Assembly: GCA_030599585.1 (NCBI GenBank)
Contig: JAUVNS010000003.1
Coordinates: 224,001-288,000, forward strand
Origin: Promethearchaeota archaeon
Lineage (GTDB): Archaea > Asgardarchaeota > Lokiarchaeia > Sigyniarchaeales > SOKP01
Direction: 5' to 3'
DNA: 64,000 nucleotides
Shown here: piece by piece, positions 49,229-59,330 of the stretch
Numbering within the stretch: position 1 is the first letter of the stretch
Layout: each line of letters begins with the position of its first letter
Notes under the pieces: generated by a model
Database searches by the model: none
Told to the model about the DNA's origin: nothing
What the model saw: the letters and a program-made list of their open reading frames with translations, nothing else
Position numbers and translations under genes: made by a program

Positions 49229-50299
49229 ATGAAGAAAATTGTAACTTGTATCGGAATTAGACCAGATATTATTCGTCTTTCCCAAATTATAAAGAAATTA
49301 GATAAACATTTTAATAACATCATAGTTGACAGCGGTCAACATTACGATTATAACTTGAACAAGATTTTTTACGAGCAGTTAGATGTCCGTCCTTCCGATT
49401 TCAACCTTGATATAAAAAGCGGAACCCACGCTTCACAAGTAGCTAAGTTAATGATCGAATTTGAAAAAGTCTTGATTAAAGAAGCTCCCGTCTTTGTTGT
49501 GGTTTTAGGTGATAATAACAGTAGCTTAGGATTTGCATTAGCAACATCAAAATTAAATATCCCTCTGATCCACATAGAAGCTGGAATGCGGAGTAAGAAT
49601 TGGATAATGCCTGAAGAAAAGAACAGAATAGTAATCGATCATTTAGCAGATATGAACATCTGTTATTTACCTGAACACAAAGAAAATTTGATAAGAGAGG
49701 GAATTAATCCTCGGAGGTGTTGGGTCGTTGGCAATCCAATAATTGAGGTCGTTCACGCTGTGCAACCAACATTTCACCAAGACGACGCTTTTTATTTGGT
49801 CACATGCCATCGAGCGGAAAATTTAGAGATAAAAGAAAATTTAAACAAGGTTCTAACATTCCTAGGGAAACTCTATCAAAAAAAGAACATTGAGATTAAA
49901 TTTATACTAATGCCTAAAGCTAAGAACATGATGGAAAAATATGGGTTTGAATTTCCTGAAGGCATCATACCTATTCCTCCTCAAGGATTTCTAGAATTTT
50001 TAGGAATGGAAAAAGAAGCCAAGCTCGTCTTAACTGATAGCGGAACCGTCGTAGAAGAATGTGCTATTTTTGGTACTCCTTGTATTACGATTAGAGAAAG
50101 TACTGAAAGAATAGACTTAATTGAACTTGGAGTGAATTCGCTTAGTGGTATGGATGTTGATCAAATGCTTGATACAACAGAGATGGCGTTATCACACAAG
50201 ATTGAGCCAGTAACTCATTATGGAAATAATATTTCTGATAAAATTTGTAATATTCTTATTGGAAATTCATTGAATTTCTCAAAAAATTCTAGTAGGTAA
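49229..50299 (+). CDS. wecB: UDP-N-acetylhexosamine 2-epimerase (non-hydrolysing, WecB/FnlC-type)
   Basis: GIRPD, GQHYD, HIEAGMRS, PEE.NR, TDSG, TER. Confidence 0.85.
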   Translation: MKKIVTCIGIRPDIIRLSQIIKKLDKHFNNIIVDSGQHYDYNLNKIFYEQLDVRPSDFNLDIKSGTHASQVAKLMIEFEKVLIKEAPVFVVVLGDNNSSLGFALATSKLNIPLIHIEAGMRSKNWIMPEEKNRIVIDHLADMNICYLPEHKENLIREGINPRRCWVVGNPIIEVVHAVQPTFHQDDAFYLVTCHRAENLEIKENLNKVLTFLGKLYQKKNIEIKFILMPKAKNMMEKYGFEFPEGIIPIPPQGFLEFLGMEKEAKLVLTDSGTVVEECAIFGTPCITIRESTERIDLIELGVNSLSGMDVDQMLDTTEMALSHKIEPVTHYGNNISDKICNILIGNSLNFSKNSSR

Positions 50300-50318
50300 A
50301 GTGTAAGTAAAAAAATCG

Positions 50319-51224
50319 TTATTTATTCATACGATTATCATTATATTCCTTTAATTCGCCAATTGCTACTTTCATTTCTTTGTTTTCATAGAATCTTTCT
50401 AAAATGTTATACTTTGAGGTTAAAGTGCGGTCCACTTTTTCATCTGGTTTATTGATTTGATTTATTACTAACTCTTTCTTAAAAATCTCATTGAAAATAT
50501 TCATTAACTCATATTTGTTTACTATGGTATTTGGTGTAAAATGATGAACATACGATTTCTCGAGTAGCTCATCGTAACCATTAGACACAATTATTTTTTC
50601 ACAAAGTTGAGCAAATTGAAGCGTAGTTACTCCGTTCCATAAATGATGTTCATATCCTCCAATTGTACCACCTTGAGGCTGGCTAAAAAACCATTCTAGT
50701 AAAAATGATTTCTGATCCTTTGCTTCGGGGCCAATAATCGAGCATCTAATTATTAACGCCGTTCCATCAAAAACTTCTCCTAAACTTTTTGACTTTCCAT
50801 ACACATCTAAGGGATCGTGGGGACTGTCTTCGTTATACAACCCTCCTTTACCAGAATATACACAATCAGTACCAATTTGTATTACTTTAATATCGTATTT
50901 ACTAGCATATTCAGCTAGTTGCCAAGGAAATTTTGAATTTATTGCGATTGCTCGTTTAACTCCTTCAGGATCGTTATCTTTTGAAAAAGGTTTTGTGATA
51001 CCGATACAATTAATGATGTAATCGATTTTCAAGTCGATGAAGTCTTTTTCTTCTAATTGCTCAAAAGTAAAAGCATCAAAGAGTAGATCATTCTCTTGTA
51101 AGTAATCCGTTTTTCTAACAGTTCCATAAATGTTTAAATTAGTAAAATTAGAAAAATAATGATAAACCATTGAACCCAGCATCCCACTTTTACCAAGAAT
51201 TAATACATTAGTCACTTTTAACAC
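50319..51224 (-). CDS. RmlD-like nucleotide-sugar reductase
   Basis: LGKSGMLG, INCIG, TDCVYSG, YGKSK, WNGVTT. Confidence 0.85.
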   Translation of the reverse strand: MLKVTNVLILGKSGMLGSMVYHYFSNFTNLNIYGTVRKTDYLQENDLLFDAFTFEQLEEKDFIDLKIDYIINCIGITKPFSKDNDPEGVKRAIAINSKFPWQLAEYASKYDIKVIQIGTDCVYSGKGGLYNEDSPHDPLDVYGKSKSLGEVFDGTALIIRCSIIGPEAKDQKSFLLEWFFSQPQGGTIGGYEHHLWNGVTTLQFAQLCEKIIVSNGYDELLEKSYVHHFTPNTIVNKYELMNIFNEIFKKELVINQINKPDEKVDRTLTSKYNILERFYENKEMKVAIGELKEYNDNRMNK

Positions 51225-51239
51225 CCTTTTCCTTGATAG

Positions 51240-52628
51240 TTATCGATTTTCTATTTCCCAAACTTCTTTTCCCCAATAATCAACCGGAAATCGATAATCA
51301 TCGCCTTTACTCTCTTCCAATGAACTTGTTGAAAAGAATAAAATTCTAGTGTCTTCTTCCAATGGCCTAAAACCATTCGCATATTTTGGTGGAATAAATA
51401 GTACTTGGGGTTTCTTATCAGATAAAATAAAACGATTCACTTTCTTATTCTTTGAAGGCGATTTAACATCGTCTAACTCTACAGCTGCGACTATAGCGGA
51501 GCCTTTTGCCACATAAACGTATTTAGCTTCTTTTAGATGCCCATGAAAAGCTCGGATCGTTGATGTTGAAAAATTTTGGACTTGATAAAAGCGCTTTACT
51601 CCGTAAAAATTAAAATCGTTGGCAAAGTTTAAACACCCTCTATCGTCTACCGCAACCCCTCCAGGAATAAGCCGAACATCTCTCATGCCAATATTTTTAG
51701 CTATGTAGACTCTCTCTGCTAATTTAAAATTGGAATATATCCCTTTATGCATCTCAAGAGCAGTCGGTGAGCTTTTAATTTCTTCAATAGCGTCGGAAAT
51801 AGTAAATTTAAATTCAAATCCGGTATTCAGCAATTTAGAGCTATCTACCATGTAACTCCTTTTATCACTGATGTTCTTATTAATTTCTACTTGACAGTTA
51901 GTAATCTCTTTTACTATTTCACTTAGTTTTAGTAGGCTTAAATTCTCACCTCGTACGTTATAAATTCCATTTAAATTATTCTTGATAACGTGAACAATAA
52001 CTCTCGATATATCTCTTATATGAACAAACGGGCGTTCTTGTTCTCCTCCAAATACGGTTATTTTATTAAATTTTACAGCCCGCGCAGCAAATGTGTTAAC
52101 AACAAGATCATATCTCATTCTTGGACTTAAACCATAGGCAGTTCCTAATCGAAGGATACAGAAATCTTCGCTGCATATATCTCGAACGATTCTCTCTTGA
52201 GTATACTTAGTTTGGCCATAAAAATCAATTGGAAACCCTTCGTTTTCCTCACTTACTATAACATTTGGTTCGCTTCCGTAAATGCTACAAGTACTGATGT
52301 GAACAATTTTTTTGTTATATTTATTACACATTTCAGCAACATGCCTGGTTCCAATACAATTTATATCAATAGCAAGATTTGTATCAATCAAACAAGCAGG
52401 ATCACCAACAACAGCGGCTAAATTTACGACTACATCTTGTTTTTGAATTATCTTTTTGAGATCTTCTTTATTTCTTGTATCAGCTTCGGTAAATATATTA
52501 GTTGGTTCTAACTCCTTATAAAGATGGTTATCTAATATTTCAACATTCCAACCTTCCTCTTTTATTATGTCGTATAAGACACTACCAATATACCCAAGTC
52601 CACCCACAAGTAAAACGTTTGGCGTCAT
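51240..52628 (-). CDS. SDR epimerase/dehydratase fused to RmlC-like cupin
   Basis: GGLGYIG, YGQTK, MRYDLVVN; C-terminal DDRG...RAFHGH...IPPKYANGF. Confidence 0.85.
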   Translation of the reverse strand: MTPNVLLVGGLGYIGSVLYDIIKEEGWNVEILDNHLYKELEPTNIFTEADTRNKEDLKKIIQKQDVVVNLAAVVGDPACLIDTNLAIDINCIGTRHVAEMCNKYNKKIVHISTCSIYGSEPNVIVSEENEGFPIDFYGQTKYTQERIVRDICSEDFCILRLGTAYGLSPRMRYDLVVNTFAARAVKFNKITVFGGEQERPFVHIRDISRVIVHVIKNNLNGIYNVRGENLSLLKLSEIVKEITNCQVEINKNISDKRSYMVDSSKLLNTGFEFKFTISDAIEEIKSSPTALEMHKGIYSNFKLAERVYIAKNIGMRDVRLIPGGVAVDDRGCLNFANDFNFYGVKRFYQVQNFSTSTIRAFHGHLKEAKYVYVAKGSAIVAAVELDDVKSPSKNKKVNRFILSDKKPQVLFIPPKYANGFRPLEEDTRILFFSTSSLEESKGDDYRFPVDYWGKEVWEIENR

Positions 52629-52879
52629 AATTCGATTACCTTCGAGATTTTCTAATTATTATCTACTTTATTCTAAATATTTTTTTTCTAATTATTTCAA
52701 TTTAATAATTTTAAAAATAAAAATTAATGTAAAATCTTTTAATTAGTGAGAATAATAAGAACTTTGAAATCGTTTCATCTCAATTTGATGTTTACTGACA
52801 TATTGGGACTAGGATATTAACTTTTAAATAAATTGTATTTTTTTAATAAAGTAATAGTTAAATTTGATTCGATTAAGAT

Positions 52880-54097
52880 ATGAATATTCTTGGATTGCAA
52901 GAAACTGATTGGTTAACTCGGGGACCGCACACGCAACATCATATATTTGAAAGATTGTCAAAGAACCCTAATTTTAAAGTTACTGTATTTGATTATGATA
53001 TCGATAAAATAATGCGGTTAAAATCGCTAATTATAAAAAAGCGTATTTACTTTAACATAGATCGAGCAGTAGAAAATTCAAATGTTATTATAATTCGAAC
53101 AGCGCACATTCAAGTGCCATATTTAAGAAGATTATCTTCTTTAATAACAAATTTTTTTGGAACATTAGCATTTTTTAGGAGAAATCGGCCAGATTTTATC
53201 CTAGGATTTTCAATAACAAACGGAGCTATAGGGTTATTATTAGCGAAGTTATTTAGAATCCCCTACATATTTTACTATATAGATTTGTTACACACGCTCG
53301 TCCCAGTGTCTTACGCTCAATACTTTGCTAGATTGATTTCACGATTTTTATTTAAAAACTCAGATCGCGTAATTGTTGTTACTAAACCGCTTCAAAAATA
53401 TGTCTTAAACGAAGGCGCTCCTACAGAGAGGGTTAAAATCCTTTTAAATGGGATATCCCTTGAAAATACGATTGTAGATAAACAAAGACTTAGAGCTCTG
53501 AAATCTAATATCTCAAAAGAAGACGATGATTTTGTTATTTTATATCTGGGTTATCTCTATGATTTTGCTGGATTAAAAGAAATAATTGATTATTATAATG
53601 CCGATGTAAAAAGCGGCAAATTAAATATTAAATTTTTAATTGTTGGCGATGGTGGAATTTACAATAGTTTAATTAACCACGTTAAAGAGATTAACGCAGA
53701 TTGGGTAATTCTAACGGGTAAGGTTCCATTTTTCGAAATAACAGAGTACATTGAATTAGCAGATTTATGCTTGATGAGTTTTGAACTTAACGACGTTACA
53801 AAGGACATTACTCCTGTAAAAGTAATGGAATATATGGCAATGAAAAAACCTGTTTTATCAACTAGCCTACCAAGTGTAGTTCGTGAAATAGGAAAAAACA
53901 ACGGAGTAATTTTTGCTCAAAGCCAAAAAGAATTAGTAGAAAAAATTAGAGATTTAACAAAAGAAAAAGAAAAATTAAAAAATATCGGTCTACAAGGCTA
54001 CGAATTAATTAAGAAGCATTATATGTGGCCAAATATTTTGAAAGATTTGAAAAAAATAATGCTCGATTTGATTAAAGAAAAAAAACAAGTAAGTTAA
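52880..54097 (+). CDS. GT4 glycosyltransferase
   Basis: PVKVMEYMAMKKPV, IVGDG. Confidence 0.88.
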   Translation: MNILGLQETDWLTRGPHTQHHIFERLSKNPNFKVTVFDYDIDKIMRLKSLIIKKRIYFNIDRAVENSNVIIIRTAHIQVPYLRRLSSLITNFFGTLAFFRRNRPDFILGFSITNGAIGLLLAKLFRIPYIFYYIDLLHTLVPVSYAQYFARLISRFLFKNSDRVIVVTKPLQKYVLNEGAPTERVKILLNGISLENTIVDKQRLRALKSNISKEDDDFVILYLGYLYDFAGLKEIIDYYNADVKSGKLNIKFLIVGDGGIYNSLINHVKEINADWVILTGKVPFFEITEYIELADLCLMSFELNDVTKDITPVKVMEYMAMKKPVLSTSLPSVVREIGKNNGVIFAQSQKELVEKIRDLTKEKEKLKNIGLQGYELIKKHYMWPNILKDLKKIMLDLIKEKKQVS

Positions 54098-54108
54098 TAT
54101 AGAATTTA

Positions 54109-55299
54109 TTGGAGAACCAAGACCTTATGATTAATGTTGCAATATTAACACCGTTTTTTACTGGCCAATTAGGAGGACCATATAATGTTATGATGGAAAT
54201 TACACCTATCCTTGAAAAGAAAGGAATATCTACCTATATATTTACATCATCATCCATCAAGAAATTTGGACGAAAAAGAACCGAATTTTACGAAGAAAAA
54301 AGTAATAATTTCAAAATTTATCGTTTCAATTCATATTTCAGATTCAAAGAATATAGAATTTCTCTAAGTTTGCTACCGTTTCTATTAAAAGATAAGTTAA
54401 AGATTGATATTATCCATTCTCGTTCTTTAAGAAGCTTTCAAGAAGATATTGGAGCAATAATTTCACTTACTAAAAAAAAACCATTTATTATTACTCCTCA
54501 CGGAGGGATAAATATAAATTGGGATTACGGAGATAAAATTCCAAAAATGATCTCAGATAAAACAATTGGGTATCTTAAGAAAATCTTAAAACCACACTAT
54601 ATAGCAGTATCAAAAATAGAGACACATCTACTAAAGAAGTTTGGTGTTGATGATGACCACATACATTTTATTCCTCATGGTGTAAATACAGATATTTTCA
54701 AGCTTGTTAACTCGAGTAATCTAAAGAAAAGATATAACTTGGAAAATTCTGATATTATCCTTTATGTTGGACGCATTGCTAAAGGGAAGGGAGTAGATAA
54801 ATTAATAAAAATTCTAAGTTTAGTACGTAAGAAAAATAAGCAAGTAAAATTGGTTATAGTTGGAGGAGATGCGGGTTATCTTCATATAGTAAAAAATCTT
54901 ATTCAAATACATAATCTCTCAAAACACGTTATTATTACAGGATATATTCCAAAATCTCAATTGCCAGAATATTATTCCATGGCAGATCTAGTTATTTACC
55001 CCTCTCGGCAAGAAATATTTGGCCACGTGATTTGCGAAGCAATGGCATGTGGAAAGGTTGTAATTGGTTCGGATATCATGGGTCCAAGTGAAATAATTTT
55101 AGATGAAAAAACAGGTTATACTTCTGACTTTAAGAATCTAAATAAAGTTAGTGAAATCATTATAAATTTATTTACTAATAGAGAACTTTTAAATCAAATG
55201 GGAAAGAAAGGTCTTGAACGTGTAAAAAGATATTATACTTGGGAAAAAGCAGCTAATTTGCACCTTGACCTATATAAGAAAGTTCTTAATTTAAATTAA
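54109..55299 (+). CDS. GT4 glycosyltransferase
   Basis: YVGRIAKGKG, EIFGHVICEAMACG. Confidence 0.9.
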   Translation: MENQDLMINVAILTPFFTGQLGGPYNVMMEITPILEKKGISTYIFTSSSIKKFGRKRTEFYEEKSNNFKIYRFNSYFRFKEYRISLSLLPFLLKDKLKIDIIHSRSLRSFQEDIGAIISLTKKKPFIITPHGGININWDYGDKIPKMISDKTIGYLKKILKPHYIAVSKIETHLLKKFGVDDDHIHFIPHGVNTDIFKLVNSSNLKKRYNLENSDIILYVGRIAKGKGVDKLIKILSLVRKKNKQVKLVIVGGDAGYLHIVKNLIQIHNLSKHVIITGYIPKSQLPEYYSMADLVIYPSRQEIFGHVICEAMACGKVVIGSDIMGPSEIILDEKTGYTSDFKNLNKVSEIIINLFTNRELLNQMGKKGLERVKRYYTWEKAANLHLDLYKKVLNLN

Positions 55300-56287
55300 A
55301 ATTCTTCAATTTATCGCGCAAATATTTAATAATATTTTTGATTTTGGTTGAATAATTTCTTATATTTATTAAATCTTGAAAAATATAATAATAATTAACC
55401 ATTTGAGCTTTTGTAGCGGGTATACTATTTAAATTTATGAAATTTCCTTCTTTACATTTAGTTCCTATAATATTAATATTCCAATTTTTACCGTGGGTGA
55501 CCCATTGATAAGATGTATCAATATGAATTACATTCAAATTACAAAGTGTAAACAATTTGAACAGACTTTCTTCAGAAAAAAAATTGATATGTGTTAAAGG
55601 CTCCATTAAAAATCTCCATTCTCTTACACATCCAAGGGGAACTTCTACATAGATAAGTCCATCATTCTTTAAATATTTGCATAAATAATCCAAAAACTCT
55701 TTAGGATTAATAATATGCTCTAAAGTATGAAGTAAAAAAATAATATCAAATGAATCTTCTTTTTCAAGATGATCTAAATCTTTTCCTAAATATTCTATTC
55801 CATTAGGTAATTTCCATTTACTGTAGTCTACAACATAGCATTTATATTTATTTTTAAAAGGAATAAGGAGATGTCCCCCTGCTCCACCATAATCTAAAAT
55901 TCTTGGTTTAAAATTTGAATTTTGGCTATAAAATTTATTTATTAATTTATAAATTCGCTGAGCTCTAATATCTAAATTATACATTGGATTCTTTTGTAGA
56001 ATGTTTTCTACTGACTTCATTTCAGTGAGAAATGAATATTTAATTTTAAACTCGCCTTCCGAAAATCTTGGATTAAGGAATATAAAACCACATGAATTAC
56101 ATAAAGTTATGTAAAAGTTTGCAGAATTGTTATTACTTAAAATTTTATTAAAAAGTATCCATAATCTTGAATTTATAGAATCATCTAAATAATTCTTAAA
56201 ATCATTGCCAGGATTTCTGAACTTATAATTAATTAATGTTTCATAATTTTGTGAGTTACAAACTGGACAATATTTTGAGAATCTCAT
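55286..56287 (-). CDS. Class I SAM methyltransferase with N-terminal Zn motif
   Basis: CPVC...CNSC, ILDYGGAGG, HTLEHI, HINFF. Confidence 0.85.
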   Translation of the reverse strand: MRFSKYCPVCNSQNYETLINYKFRNPGNDFKNYLDDSINSRLWILFNKILSNNNSANFYITLCNSCGFIFLNPRFSEGEFKIKYSFLTEMKSVENILQKNPMYNLDIRAQRIYKLINKFYSQNSNFKPRILDYGGAGGHLLIPFKNKYKCYVVDYSKWKLPNGIEYLGKDLDHLEKEDSFDIIFLLHTLEHIINPKEFLDYLCKYLKNDGLIYVEVPLGCVREWRFLMEPLTHINFFSEESLFKLFTLCNLNVIHIDTSYQWVTHGKNWNINIIGTKCKEGNFINLNSIPATKAQMVNYYYIFQDLINIRNYSTKIKNIIKYLRDKLKNFNLN

Positions 56288-56290
56288 TTT

Positions 56291-56378
56291 CTACATTTTC
56301 AATAAAATTTTAGTTTTTAATTAATAATAAAATATCTATATTTTCAATAAAATTTTAGTTTTTTAATAATAAAATAAA
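56291..56378. repeat. Imperfect direct duplication, 45-bp period
   Basis: attttcaataaaattttagttttt at 56295 and 56340, each followed by taataataaaat. Confidence 0.75.
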
Positions 56379-56440
56379 TCTTGTGAAATTCTTAATTTAA
56401 CTAATATCAAGTGTTAGTAAATCGTTTGTCGAGAATATTT

Positions 56441-56554
56441 ATGCATTTGCAAAATGAAGCAATGGCATGTAAAAAACCTTTGATCAGATCAAATATTAGA
56501 GAGAGGGTTTCACTAATAAAAAGGTATTATACACACAATAAACATAAAAACTAA
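56441..56554 (+). pseudogene. GT4 glycosyltransferase remnant
   Basis: 37-codon frame containing EAMACKKPLIRSNI; gaagcaatggcatgt is identical to the EAMAC codons of 54109-55299. Confidence 0.55.
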
Positions 56555-56584
56555 TAGAAATCTAATATTTTACCTTGTTGTATT

Positions 56585-57853
56585 ATGAAAAACCAGATTA
56601 TTAGCATTATATGGAACATATTTAATAAAATCCCTAATTTGAAAGAACGCTTATTTAGGTTCTATGCTTGGAAAATCTTCGAGAAAGTTCCAAAACTTAA
56701 GGATTTAATATATAAAATTTATGATAGATTCTGGTTCTTAGAACTTTTAATAGATAACGATCAATTTAACCCTTTAGACCTACAAACAAACAATTATGAA
56801 CTTGATTTGGGAAAAATAAACTTTGTAGTTAACAATTATCAAGCAAATGATATGTCTAAATTACCAAATGAGTGGGATCTTGTTCCAAATATAACCCGAA
56901 TTGAAGATACAAATGAATTTCAATTAATTAAGAAACATTTCACTGATAATGTGGATTGGAAGGAGATTAATGAATATAAATATTTTAGAAATATTTTATC
57001 CAATAACCAGAAGATTCTAAATTGTTCAAATGAGCAAGAATTTATTACATATTTAAAATCATTAGATGATTCATTTCAAAAATTGATGAGAGATGAATCG
57101 ACATCAGTACATTATGGTTTTAAAGTTGGTGTTGGAAGATTTGGAGAGTTTATGCTGCTTGATGATATTTTCCTAATTTCTCTTTTTATAATAATTAGTA
57201 TTAAAAAAATAGCTATAGAGGTAGTTCTTAGACACCCTTTATGGATTAAATTTAGTAGTGAATTTTTAAGATTTCAATCCGTTCACGGCGAACTTTATCA
57301 ACCACTAATACATCCCGATTTAAGATTTGAGTCGTCTTACACAGATCAAAGATTCTTAATTATACTAGAGAACCTTGCTATTACTAATGGAGCGCTATTA
57401 GATATTGGGGCCAATCTCGCCTATTTTTGCCATAAATTCGAAGATTTAGGATTTGACTGCTATGCTGTTGAAATTCGGCCGAGTAATGTTCATTACATGA
57501 AGAAGTTAAGAGATATTGAAGGAAAAAAATTCAAAATAATAAATAAATCAATTTTTGATTTGAATCTAAAACTCGATTTTGATATCGTACTTGCTCTCAA
57601 CATATTTCATCATTTCTTAAGAGAAAAGGAACTCTATCAGAATTTAATTGAATTTTTAGGTAGTTTGAAACTAAAGACGATGTATTTTCAACCACACGAC
57701 CCTAGTGAGAAGATAATGCGCAACGCTTATGTGAACTACGATAACGAGCAGTTTGTCAGGTTTATAATTAAATACTCGTGTTTAAATAAATTTGAACTAA
57801 TAAATAAACAATCTGACGGAAGAAATAGACCAATATATAAGATTTTCAAATAA
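56585..57853 (+). CDS. SAM methyltransferase with N-terminal degenerate ParB-like region
   Basis: LLDIGANLAYF, YAVE, LALNIFHHF; upstream GRFGEFMLLDD...EVVLRHPLW. Confidence 0.7.
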   Translation: MKNQIISIIWNIFNKIPNLKERLFRFYAWKIFEKVPKLKDLIYKIYDRFWFLELLIDNDQFNPLDLQTNNYELDLGKINFVVNNYQANDMSKLPNEWDLVPNITRIEDTNEFQLIKKHFTDNVDWKEINEYKYFRNILSNNQKILNCSNEQEFITYLKSLDDSFQKLMRDESTSVHYGFKVGVGRFGEFMLLDDIFLISLFIIISIKKIAIEVVLRHPLWIKFSSEFLRFQSVHGELYQPLIHPDLRFESSYTDQRFLIILENLAITNGALLDIGANLAYFCHKFEDLGFDCYAVEIRPSNVHYMKKLRDIEGKKFKIINKSIFDLNLKLDFDIVLALNIFHHFLREKELYQNLIEFLGSLKLKTMYFQPHDPSEKIMRNAYVNYDNEQFVRFIIKYSCLNKFELINKQSDGRNRPIYKIFK

Positions 57854-59195
57854 ATTCTGTTTTTTCTTTAAACACTTCTTTTAGAACTCTCCCGTCGATG
57901 TCAGAAGGTATTGGTTGACTACATAACGCTAAAATTGTTGGTGTAATATCGTACGGAGTTATTTCTTTAGTTCTAAACCCCTCTTTAATGTGAGGTCCAT
58001 TAAATATAAACACTCCGTTGTCTTCCGAATGCGTACCAGTGTGTCCTGGGTTGAAATCGATGATAGAATTTAAACTCGCGGTTTTCTTATTTGGTAAATC
58101 AACTTTTAAACTTTTATTATCTCCAAAAACATCATTTATTCTAATTATTAACTTATTTTCGTAAGATTTGATAGTGAAAAGTTCAATTCCTTCGCATCTA
58201 ATCGATTCAATTGCTTTTTCGAAATCTCTTAACGAGACTAGTGAGTCAGGTCTTGACCGAAAAACCACGCTTTCTGTCATGTAGATGCCGTAAACGTCGT
58301 AATAAAAACCAAGTTCTCTTAATAGATTTAAGATATTGATCGCTCGATAACTTCTTTGATTTTTTTTTTCCTTTATTTTAAATCCATGGTCAGAGCAGAT
58401 AATTAAATGAAAATTGTTCTTTTTAGCATAGCTATTTACTTTTCCCACGAATTTATCTATAATTTTATAAGTATTAGGAACAACCTCAGAATATTTTGAT
58501 TCCTCCCCCTTCTTTCTCCAATATATGTGTCCAAGGGTATCAAACGAATAATCAAAAAATACAGAAAAATCCAAGGGATATTTTTTTAATAATCTGTAAT
58601 ACAAATTTGTATGAATTATTAATTCTAATTCTTTTAAAAGATGCATTCTTTCCTCCAAACCTTTTTTAAAAGCTAATATCATGCTTCTTTTTATTATTTT
58701 AAGAAGCTGTGTTAGTGGTAATCCAAACCTCACAAGTTTCCAAAAAAGTTTAATCATAAAAGATATAGAGTACTTCTCTGATCGTGCTTTTATATCTAAT
58801 TCACCAATAAAATTGAGACTCTGAGGATAAGTACTTTTCTCTAAAAGTAAGGGGTTGGGTACGCAAAAACCGTCAAATTTTTTAGCAGACCAAACACTCA
58901 ACGGTCTATAAACGCCGATTCTGAAGCCCTTTTCGTTTAATAAATCCCATATTTGATCGGTTTTTAAATCTTCCTCTTTAGAATAAAAATCTCGTATTCC
59001 ATGCTTTTCTACTTTTTTTCCGGTAAAAATAGAGCAGAAAATTTTAGGAGAACTTAAAAACCCTTCTGCTCTCATAACAGTGGAAACACCTGTATCGATG
59101 AGTCTTCGAAAGTTTTTAAGTCGGTTGACAGAGAGGAGCTCATCAATCATATTCCAACTAAGACCATCTAAAGCTAAAAATATGACTCTTTCCAT
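57846..59195 (-). CDS. Alkaline-phosphatase-superfamily (nucleotide pyrophosphatase/phosphodiesterase) protein
   Basis: LALDGL, SSP...SIFTG...HGI, DTLGH, SDHGF, GTH, DITPTIL, DGRVL. Confidence 0.85.
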   Translation of the reverse strand: MERVIFLALDGLSWNMIDELLSVNRLKNFRRLIDTGVSTVMRAEGFLSSPKIFCSIFTGKKVEKHGIRDFYSKEEDLKTDQIWDLLNEKGFRIGVYRPLSVWSAKKFDGFCVPNPLLLEKSTYPQSLNFIGELDIKARSEKYSISFMIKLFWKLVRFGLPLTQLLKIIKRSMILAFKKGLEERMHLLKELELIIHTNLYYRLLKKYPLDFSVFFDYSFDTLGHIYWRKKGEESKYSEVVPNTYKIIDKFVGKVNSYAKKNNFHLIICSDHGFKIKEKKNQRSYRAINILNLLRELGFYYDVYGIYMTESVVFRSRPDSLVSLRDFEKAIESIRCEGIELFTIKSYENKLIIRINDVFGDNKSLKVDLPNKKTASLNSIIDFNPGHTGTHSEDNGVFIFNGPHIKEGFRTKEITPYDITPTILALCSQPIPSDIDGRVLKEVFKEKTEFI

Positions 59196-59330
59196 AATTA
59201 ACCTAATTAATTTAATTAAAAAAATTTGATAAAATTTACTAAAAAATAAGCTGGAGATTTAAAATATAATAAAAGCCCAAATAAAAATTTTTATTTTATA
59301 TGTTAATTTCTCTTATTTCTAAGATATTGG

